64,000 nt of DNA, from assembly GCA_951406725.2 (NCBI GenBank), contig OX597815.1, forward strand, positions 4,712,001 to 4,776,000. Reading direction: 5' to 3'. Under the pieces are notes generated by a model. It was not told where the DNA came from. It saw nothing but the letters and a program-made list of their open reading frames with translations, and ran no database searches. This document shows, one piece after another, positions 25,101 to 36,400 of the stretch; the first letter of the stretch is position 1, and each line of letters begins with the position of its first letter. This DNA is from Octopus vulgaris. Taxonomy: Eukaryota. A program made the position numbers and the translations under genes.

Positions 25101-27846
25101 CTGGTACCTTTTCCTCATACTAGGGGTAAAAGTTTACTGCTATGATTCATGCCAAAATGCCCGCAATGGGTACGATTTCAACGTCTATAAGTTAGGGGTG
25201 CCAGTGCCACCGGACTAGCTCCCATGCTGGTGGCACGTAAATAGCACCATTTGAGCGTGGTCGATGTCAATGCTGCCTGACTGTCTCCTGTGCCAGTGGC
25301 ACGTAAAAAGCACCATCTGAGCAAGGTTGATGCTAATGCTGCCTGACTGGTTCCCGTGCTGGTGGCACATAAAATGCACCATTCAAGCGTGGTTGATTCC
25401 AGTGCTGCCAGACCGGCCCTCATGTTGGTAGCATGTAAAACGCACCAACTACACTCTTGGAGTGGTTGGCGTTAGGAAGGGCATCCAGCTGTAGAAACAT
25501 TGCCAGATCAGATTGGGGCAGAAGCAGATTTTGAAGTGGGGTTTTTAGGGCCAAACTTAACTCCAATTCTAATTCTTACCTGTTTTTTCCAGAAAGAGAT
25601 TTTTATTGCAGAGAATTCAAAAGCACGAAGCTAGGAGGGATTTTTGTCTTGCAAGATACCTGGTTGGTGCTGGTACCTTGTAAAAAGTACTGATGTTAGT
25701 GCTACATAGGAAGCAACTGTGCTGGTGCCATGTAAAATGTACTGGTAATGGTGCTATTTAAAAAGTGCTTGGTGGTTGGCATTAGGAAGGGCATCCATTC
25801 ATAGAAACCATGGAGCCTGGTGTGGTCCCTGATATTGCCAGCTCCTGTCAAACACAGCATGGAAAATGGGCATTGATGATTTTGTTGACCAAATTTCACT
25901 TGTTGAGCCCAATTGCAAGTTCTGATGTCACCATCCATATTTGGAACTTGAAATGGTTTTATAAGCATTCTTGAAAATACTCTTATAAAGAAGATTCTTT
26001 CAGTTTCTGCCTTCCCGACTCCCTCACAAAGCATTGGTAGACTAGGGGGTTAGAATAGAAGACAAACGGTTGGAGTGTCATGTAGTGGAATTAGAACCTG
26101 GAACTCATCGGTCGTCCATTTCATTAGCAATATGACCTTAAAGCTATTAGATAATTCTTTAGCCCTTAATCTTAATCCAAGAAGTTCCTTTACACTCTAC
26201 AGTTCCTCTGGCAAAAGTGTTTTGAGTTACATTGAGAAATACGGTAAACTGATACATCGAGGCCCTTTGGGTTTTATTCCTTGTACAAACCAAATACCCA
26301 AGATTTCTTATTTGCATATCATTTGGCAAAGACTAAGGTTTATGATAAAAAAAAAAAATCTAGCTTTAACCCAACCATGACCTACCATATCCATTTGTAA
26401 ATGTCAGGTTTTATATAAATGTTTTTCTGTTGCATTTTTCCTTTTTCGATATCAAATTTGTTTTATATTTTGCATTCTGTGTATTGTTTGTATTGAGTGC
26501 ACGGCAAAAGTTGGATGTCTGCATGTATGTATATGTGTATGTAGCATGTATTACTAAATACACACACCTCCTCCAAATACAAAAAAAAAACATACACTCT
26601 ATTGTATATACTCTCGAGAAATATCTTAACCCATTTATGCTGATCGTCTGTTTAACCCTTTAGTGTTTAAACCGGCCATATCCGGCTCAAATATTCTACG
26701 TTTTGTATTCAAACTGGCCATATCTGGCCTCTCACACCTAACCTACAATGACATTCTAAAAATAAATAGTGACATTATTGAAACCTCAAAGCTATAAGAT
26801 AATGCTTGATTAATTCAAATTGATGATGATGAATTTGAATGAAGAAGTATTACATTTAACAGAATAATTTAAATACTAAAGGGTTAAGCTGACCCTTAAT
26901 TTACAAGGGTATAAAACAAATATTTGATACAAATTGTGATTTGTGTATGATCTGTATCAAAGAATGAAACAGGTTCTGTATCAAATGGATTTCAATGAAA
27001 TTTTTTTCAGTTATTTCGGTCAAAATAATAGTGTCTCCTCTTTTACTCTTTTACTTGTTTCAGTCATTTGACTCTGGCCATGCTGGAGCACTGCCTTTAA
27101 AAAATGATTTGAGTGTAAATGCAAAATAAGTTGTGAGCTCACCAGGATTCGAACCTGGAATCTTCTGATCTGTAGTCAGACGCGTTATCCAATGCGCCAC
27201 GAGCCGTAGCCTGTCAATTTTTCCGGCAATTTCATTCATTAGAAAAATTTCGGCACAAATGGGTTTAAACAGTTTCATCATAAAATATGTGACTTGTTGA
27301 TTGTATAGACATGATTGATATTCAGGAAGGTCTGCCTGTCTTTCTTTTCCCCTTCTGCCAAACCCCCTCCACCCCCCGTTGCCCTTTCTGTCTTTGTCCA
27401 TCGTATGGCCTTACTTTATCATCTCTCCCTCTCTCTCTCTCTGTCCTTTCATCATTATCCTCTTAACGTCCACTTTCCCATGCCTGCATGGGTCAGACAG
27501 AATTTGCTGAGCCTTGTCATGGTCTTCTAGACCTGGATGCCCTTCCTGTCTCCACCTGTTTCCCCATGGCCGGACATGTTTTTCACACAAGACTGGAAAT
27601 AAATGACCTCACCTGTACGACGATATTCCTCTACAAGTATCACCTGAACGTCAAGACTGAGGTACACACACATGCACCACACACACCACAACGCACACAC
27701 AACAAACACAACACAACGTACACACACAATACACACAACACACCCACAACGCACCACACACACACACAACATACACAATGCACACACACTCAACATACAC
27801 AACACACACACACACAACATACACAACACACAACATACACACACAC

Positions 27847-27885
<39 letters not shown>

Positions 27886-30800
27886 GTCTACCACATCCAC
27901 TGATAGGATTTTGTCACACATTCTCTGTCATAAGCGGCCCTTTCTCCCTTTTTGCCATCTCTGTCTTTCTCATGCCCTTCCCTTGTCACAACCTCTCCCC
28001 CCCTCTTTTCTCTCTCTCAGACCTCCTGTATATTGTTAAACCTGTAATATATATCCCATCTCATACACACACATTTATACACACTTCCATGATTTAACCA
28101 TCAAACCTTGATATGTTTTTGTTTTTATTGTATTTTTTTTTCCCTTGTTTTATTCATGCACGTTGCCTCTCTCTCACGTTCTCCTCTTTTAGAACCCCTA
28201 ATTTTCACCCCATATTTGCCTGTGCATGCTTGCATCATTTGATCCCTCCCTTTGTTACAATTCATCTTCCAGTCCTATTTCCTTCGTTTTTAACCGTTTC
28301 CCCACCATCGCAATAGCTGAGGTTCTGGACCCTTCCCCTCCCTCTTTTCTCCCAGACTTCTTCAGAAATCAGAGAGAGAAACAACAATTCCTTTTTTTTC
28401 ATATTTTGTTTTTTGTTGTATTTTTATTTTTACTTTATTTAAATCACTGTTTCTCAACCCTTTTTTTTTCCTATGGACCCCTGTGCTTCCTCTTTTCCTC
28501 AGATAGGCCCCATTGTCATTTTAGGTGTAAAAAAAAATCTTATATAATTAAACATTATCAAGAATTTTATAGAAAGGTAGCAAGCTGGCAGAATCGTTAG
28601 CACGCGGTATTTCGTCCATCCTTACATTCTGAGTCCAAATTCCACCGAAGTTGACTTTACCTTTCATCCTTTCGGAGTTGATAAATTAAGTACCAGTTGT
28701 GTATTGGGATCAATCTAAATGACTGACACCCTCCTCCAAAATTTCAGGCCGTGTGCCTTTTGTAGAATTTTGTCAAGAATTTAAAATATTTTGTCTATTG
28801 TAGAAGTACAGGGCGTCCATAAAGTCTCTTTACAATTTTAAAATTTCATTACAAAGGCAGTTGACAAGATATCATAACCAGATTTGTTTTATTGCAATAA
28901 TTGTTTATTAAAGTTTTTTTAACTGTTATTTAATAGACCTCAGTATGGGCACCATTAGTTGCGCGAAGCACATCAAGACGGTACTCGATTTCTTGCCATG
29001 TTTGCTGTCGGATAGCCTCATCAATGGTGGCAATGGCATTATGAATCCTTTGCTTCAAGTCAGCAATGTCCCGTATCTTTGTTTGATACACGATATCTTT
29101 TACATACCCCCATAAAAAGAAGTCCAAGGGAGTGATATCTGGCAAATGCGGTGGCCATGGAATTGACCCATCCCTTCCAATCCATCGGTCTGGAAATGTT
29201 TGACTGAGGAACCGACAAACATGCCGTCCCCAATGTGGTGGTGCACCATCTTGCTGGGAAATGATGGTTGGTTGTAAATCAATCAGTTGTGGTGCCACAT
29301 ATTTGGTCAGAAGGTCGAGGTAAACATCTGCAGTAATTGTTGCCTCGTTGAAGAAAAATGGACTAATTATTCGATTGCACATGATTCCACACCACACATT
29401 CACTTTTGGACTATCCTGTTGAAGCTCCTTAGTCACATGAGGGTGTTCTGATCCCCAGATTCTCACATTGTGTCTGTTTAATTTCCCTGAAACATGAAAG
29501 TCGCCTCGTCACTAAAACAAACTCGCTTGAGGAATTCTTCATCCTCATTTTATAGGGATTCAGTGAATCAGTTCCCTTCCATCAACAGAGTATGTGAAAC
29601 ACAAAAATTTAATATCAATAAGAACTTTAATAAACAATTATTAAAATAAAACAAATCTGGTTAAAATATCTCATCAACTGCCTTTGTAATAATTTCTTTC
29701 AAATTGTAAAGAGACTTTATGGACATCCTGTATTATTGCACATATTTTAACAACGGATCCCCAAGGGTTACATGGACCACGGTTGAGAGCCATTGTTTTA
29801 AATGATGAATTCAAGCTACCGGTATTTTTTTTTTGTTTTTCGTCTTTTTTTTTTCTTTTCCCCAACTTTCTCTCTTTCAGAAACCAGTACACTCAGTCAG
29901 GTTTAGACAGAACAATCAACCCAAGTTCAAAAGGGTAAAAAAACAAAACAAAAAAAAGTAACAAAAAAACTCTAAAATAAACGTAAAACCTCTAGGAAAG
30001 CTTTACTATTTGGTTTGAATAACTCCACTGCTAACCACCAGTTCCTTCTCTGGAACCATAGCTCTTCATTTTAGTAGAATAGTTTAGTGTGTGTGTGTGT
30101 GTGTGTGTTACTGGTACACGTTTACACTATTTCTGTCTCCCACAGTCACTGCACTTTTATAAACAAAACTATAACCCTTATTTCTTATTTGTGGACTTTA
30201 GTGCATAACCTTAGGTTTAATGCTTTTGTATTTGCTGTTTTCAACATATAAAATGGTGTTAACCCCTTACCCGGCAGAAACGAATATATGCGTTTTGACC
30301 GAAATCGTTTTTTTCTATCTCTGGCGAGTTAACTCGTCAAAAGATAGACTCGTCAAAATCGACAGCAAACGAGTTCCTTCGTCTAAAAACGGGTTAACTC
30401 GTTTCTGCCCAAAGCGGTAATTTAAAATCAATATTATTGAATTAAAATTCATAATAAATAAGGTTTGAAATATACCTCGAAATCACCATTCAAAACATAG
30501 TAAAATAAAACAATTAAAAAATATGTCTGAAAAAATACATTTATTTTCAAAATAATTGTTGGGTAAGGGGTTAAAATGTCTCCATTTTGGATTTGGCAAT
30601 GTGAGATTTTACAAGACTTATAACATTTTTGGTGGTGTGTATGTGTGTGTATATATATGTATATATATATATATATATATTTACACCTATTGAGTCAAGT
30701 ACGTTAACACCAACATCAAAATAAATATCAAATGGAAATTGAAGTTAAGACACCTATGCCAGTGACACGTAAAAAGCACTGTCCCAACGTGGCAGATGCC

Positions 30801-33400
30801 AGCGCCACCTGACTGGTGTCCGTATCGGTGGTACGTAAAAAAGCACCCACTACACTCATGGAGTGGTTGGTGTTAGGAAGGGCATCCAGTTGTAGAAACA
30901 CTGCCAGATCAGACTGGGCCTGGTGCAGCTTCCTGGCTTCCCAGACCCTGGTCGAACCGTCCAATCTATGCTAGCATGGAAAATGGACGTTAAATGATGA
31001 TGATGATGATTCTGTGAGAGTTAGAGGTTGGGAAACCAACCAACTAAGGGATAGTGCCTATCCAATATACTGCTGGTAGTGTACCGAATTATTCATACCC
31101 AAGTGCTGGTTATTGCGTGGCAATCTCGCAATTGAGTGTCATACATAGGCAGGGGTAAAAAGTGGTTTACCCTAAATTTATACAGCAAATAAGAGAATAG
31201 AGAGGATACAAAATGACATACATCATCCGGTAGACATTCCAGTGTGTCTATTTATTCCAAAGCATTAGAAAGTATTGGAAGAAAACACACATGTAGTAAC
31301 TATGTGTTACACATTACAGGAAAGATCAAAAAGATCTTTTTGCTCTTTCCTGTAATATTACTACATGTGTGTGTAACACATAGTTATTACATGAGTATGT
31401 TTTCTTCTTATACTTTCTAATGCTTTGGAATAAATAGACACACTGGAATGTCTACCGGATGATGTATGTCATTTTGTATCCTCTCCATTTTCTTATATGC
31501 CGTTATTTATGGAAAGTATCCCCTAAAAACTCAACAAATATGTTAAAAAATGGAGAAGAGAAGATGTTAAAATTTGAAAGAATTTTAATACATGCATACG
31601 ATCGTTTCAAACAGTGATATCAACATGTAAATAACATGGTAGAATAATTAAAAATAATTAAATTAAATTAATTACATATCGCTGTTCTCCTCGGTGTAAG
31701 GAGTATACAACAAGAATTATTATTACAGAAGACATGTCATTTTACCATGTTATTTACATGTTAAAATCGCTGTTTGAAATGATCGTATGCGATCCTACAA
31801 CCGCGAGTCCACTGGCCTAACCACTGGGCCATTGCACCTCCACATACACACGCACATATATATATATATATTAATTCAGCATTTTTCACTTGCTGCCGAC
31901 TGAAACTGTGCTTGCTTGGTGAATTTTGATAAAAATTTTAATATATAATGTTGAGACATGTGTTATTCTGTCTCTAAATTATATGTTAGTGTTTTGGCGT
32001 AGCCACTGATGAGAACTTCGCCTAGCAAATTATTTAATTTGCTAATTAGAGGTATGGCTGTAAAAAAACAAGGTAGAAGTTTTTATTTTTGATTCCCTTC
32101 AAAATTGCGCTTAAATGTGGATTTGGATGTCTTGACTGCTCCTTCTAGCATGTAAGGCTGCCTGTTAAGGGTCGCCTCTTTTGTGTTTATTTGTACACTA
32201 ATTTTATATATATATACAAACACACACACACACAGGTGGATAGTTAGGTTGGCTATTTAGGATTTTTGTTTGAATTATCTTCATCATCATCATTTAACAT
32301 CCGTTTTCCATGCTGGCATGGGTTGGATGGTTTAACAAAGTGGCGAGCTGGCAGAATTGTTAGCACGCTAGGCAAAAAGCTTAGCAGTATTTCATCTGCC
32401 AGTACGTTCTGAGTTCAAATTCCACCGAGGTCGACTTTGCCTTTTGTTCTTTCAGGGTCGATTAAATAAGTACAAGTTACTCACTGGGGTCAGTATAACT
32501 GACTTAATCTGTTTGTCTAGCCTTGTTTGTCCCCTCTGTATTTAGCCCCTTGTGGGTAGTAAAGAAATAGGTTTGACAAGGTGGCAAACCAGAGATCTGC
32601 ACCAAACACCAATAGTCTGTTTTGGCATGGTCTCTACAGCTCAACGCCCTTCCTAATGCCAACCACTTTGTAATCAATAAACATGTATTTCTTTGAAGAT
32701 CAATAATGAAACAATAGCGTTTAGTGTGCCCTGATTGATGAAGCTCTTGTATGAAGTCTCGAAGTTCTATTCAGGTCTTTGGAAATGGTCTGGTGGAGTC
32801 AAAAGGCATTGGAATTATTATATCTTGGCCACTATTTTTGTGTGAAATGTTAAAAAGTGTTGCTTAGATTGGCTTTAAAATGTTGTCCTGCTGCAGTTAG
32901 AACCTATATACCCATTTTCGTACACTGGCGGTGTTTTGTCATAATCTTGGTAGATATTGGTGCCAGCAGGTTCAAGGTTTCGCTGACCGGCACTGGAATC
33001 CAACAATCCACCATTTAATATCTTAGGACAATGTAGCCTGCAACGGGCCAACATTTATACATCTGTGCCTTATTCTGTTGGCATATAATTCAGAATGTCT
33101 TACTATGGAAACTGGTAGAAGCTTTAGCAATAACTAGTAAACAGTCTGGCTTGGAAAAGGAATATACTTTTGTCTTTGTGTGTGTATGTGTACAGTAATG
33201 TGTTCTGTGTTTACTCAAGTGCAGTGCAATTTCAAACATAATGTGACCCCTTTTTGTATCTTGAAAATTTATCTGTCGTATAATAATGGCTACCGATGTT
33301 AACCCTGGTATTTTTGGTGATTTATTTTAAATTTCTGGCATCATGTACGAGTAAATGCAGTACATATAAACACACATGTGCATACATAGACTTGTGTGTG

Positions 33401-33448
<48 letters not shown>

Positions 33449-36400
33449 TACATACATACACAATGTCTCATGAATTTGGAATTCTAAGAAAAATATGCCT
33501 TTGCAGAATCTACTCTCAATATACAAAGCAGTCAACCAAATATGAATTAAAGATGATAAATGCCTATCATAATAAATGTATATACACAAACGTGCACATT
33601 TATATATTTCAGTGCTTTGAATCTTCTAGCATTTTGCAAATAACATCAAAAATAACAATCCTGTGTGCAAGACCTGGTTTTCTCCACGGCCATTTTACTT
33701 AAATTTTTTTTACAACATTATTATTCCAAATTCTTGGGACCAGTGTGTATGTATATACACACATATATATATATATATATATATATGACACACACACACA
33801 CACATAACTCTTAAACTAACTCCCTCCAAGTGTTTTCCAATGTTTTTTTTTTTGGCATGCTTTATTTTAACTTTGCTCATGTTTTGCATTTGTGTACCCC
33901 CCTCCTGTATAATTAACCCCCTAACTACCCCCTGTTTGGTGTAATTGTAGTAGTTTATGCTGGCATGGTTTTCTTTTAATTGCTTTTTTCTTATATTTTT
34001 CTCATTACTGCTTTTATATTTTTATTTCAATGTAATTTGTTTTTTTGTTTTTTTTTTTAGTTTTCAAAGATTTTTGACAAAATATTTAAAAACAATTTGT
34101 TGTTGTTTGAACCATTTTAAAATCTATGTTTGCGTAATTCTAATCTAATTTTTAATTCCTGAATCTTTTATGTGTCTTTTACCGAGAAATATTTCTTCTA
34201 CTTGGACTCGATCCTTTCAGCCACTTTCTTCATTGTTATCTCTGCGAGTCAAGAATGTCTCAAGCCCCCCCCCCCCCCGAAGGGACCTTCTCCATAGTTA
34301 TTCAGCTGCTAAATTTCTCAGTTCACACCTTACCACCACCACCATCATTTAATGTCCTTTTTCCAATCTGGCATAGGTTGGACAGTTTGACAGGAGCTGG
34401 TAAGCTGGAAGGTTGTACCAGGTTCCAGTAATCTGTTTTGGAATGGTTTCTTAACACCCAACCACCTTTTAACAACCATCTGGATGGCATTGAGCAACAC
34501 CACCCAGAATATACTTTGTGGACTCTCTTGTGACAGATGTGGGCTTTGCAGGTGCTTGCTTAACAACCTGCTCAGATGGTTTGTTTATAGTGATTAAACA
34601 TATGCGCTGTACATCATTTCACTCCCCCCATCAAATTGGTGTTACCTGTACAGGTGCACAATATGCCCCTCATCAGATGTTCAAGTAATTGCAGAGGACC
34701 ATTAACTGATATGGAGTAAAGATTGTTTGCCAACATAACACGGCAGTCCTGGTTTAGGACGAATGTTGCAGTAATTTAGCCCCAGGAGACATCGTCTCCA
34801 GCTGGCTACACGACATGATCTGTGTCCTTATATTTTCAAACAAGGGAATCTAACACCCCAACTCAGCTCAAAACAATATCTGTGTATCGCGATTTCTGGA
34901 TTATTTCTCTTCATCAGCACAGAATAATTGTTTGACTGATAAAGGGAAATAACCCAGAAATCGTGATACACAGGTATTGCTTTGAGCTGAGTGGGTGTGC
35001 TAGATTCCATTGTTTGAAAATATAAGGACACAGATCGTGTCATATAGCCAGCTGGAGACAATGTCTCCTAGGGATAAATTACAGTAACATTAGTCCAAAC
35101 CAGGACTGCCATGTTATGTTGGCAAACAATCTCTACTCCATAGTACTGTTGCTGAATATCTCTCATTGTGAGATTTAAAAATAGTAATTTTCTAATTGAC
35201 TGATATGTTTTGCTCAAGAACAAAACGTGCCACTTGGTCTGGGAATTGAAACCATGATCTTTAGATTGTCATTGCAACATCCTAGCCACTATACCATGCA
35301 CCTTCACATCCAGGATATACAATGCCTGAAAAATGGGGGATGGTCATGACTGGGGTGTCTTTGATTACAGGTCTGCTCTGTTGACCTGGTGTTAAACACC
35401 ATGGAAGTATAAAATGACATCATCACCTGACTTTGGTAATGAACCGATTTCTATTGGTTCTCATTGCAAAACCTACTTGAGACTTGGTAGAGGAATCTAG
35501 AATCCTTTGTTCAACATAAGACAAGTAAACCATTTGTGGTACCAATTCTATGATCTGTTCTTTACTGGGAGTAAAACTTTGACCAAACCGTTGGAAGTGG
35601 TTTGGTTGTGCTTTAGGATTCTGTATCCAATGATGTTAATAGCTCAATTAACGCCATCTCAGACTGTTTGATGCGTTTTCAATCCTGGAGTGATTGAACG
35701 CAGGAGTTTCCCTGAAACAAACGGCCCAAAGTGTGTAGTGTGCAGAAAGTAATTACACTTAAGGAATGAAACTAAGAATATAAGCAGGAAAGCATAAACT
35801 TTACATGTACTTCATACTTTGTATTCAACAGCTGTTTCATTAAGATAAACATTACTAAATGTATAATTACGTAATTATGATACATAATTAATTTCAAAGC
35901 TGTGTTTACACAAATCAATCAGGATATATATATTGTTCCTCTTGGATTTACTTCACTGTAACAATGTGTTGAAGTTTTAATTAACTGCTATTTATTAATT
36001 GAATTCCTAATTACTGTGAATTTAGTTTTTGATGTTTATACATCAGTTCTTTATGTGGAATTAAGGCTTTATATTAACAGTGAAACAGCTTTTCTCTTCA
36101 CCTAAAAGACAGGCTTTGAGGTGTGTTATATAACGTGTAACAAAACATACCAAAGTACTGCTAGGACAGTTGTTACAATTTAAAACATTTATACAAAATA
36201 CATTTTGTACATTATTTACATTTGACGGATATTTGTCCTCATCTTGTTTGTTGTTAACACAACGTTTCGGCTGATATACCCTCCAGCCTTCATCAGGTGT
36301 CTTGGGGAAATTTTGAACCTGGGTTCTCGTTCTTTAGGTATTTTTCAATGTTATTATTATTATTATTTTCAGGTCACTGCTTGGAATTGAACTCGGAATT

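Larger units (their letters stand above)
26100..35711 (-). pseudogene. Possible nested antisense multi-exon gene remnant (LEXM/CIMAP2-like)
   Basis: Four unique, coding-like blocks (35427-35711, ~32690-33120, ~31020-31171, ~26100-26332) with minus-strand splice signals. Their interrupted translations resemble successive parts of LEXM/CIMAP2 as recalled; not verified. Confidence 0.35.

Noticed and set aside
27488-28097. His/Thr- and Cys/Val-rich ORFs
   Set aside because: Translations of (CA)n low-complexity sequence.
34061-34120. Strong acceptor-like T tract followed by FSKIFDK...*
   Set aside because: No donor and an early stop; it cannot be distinguished from AT-rich intron background.
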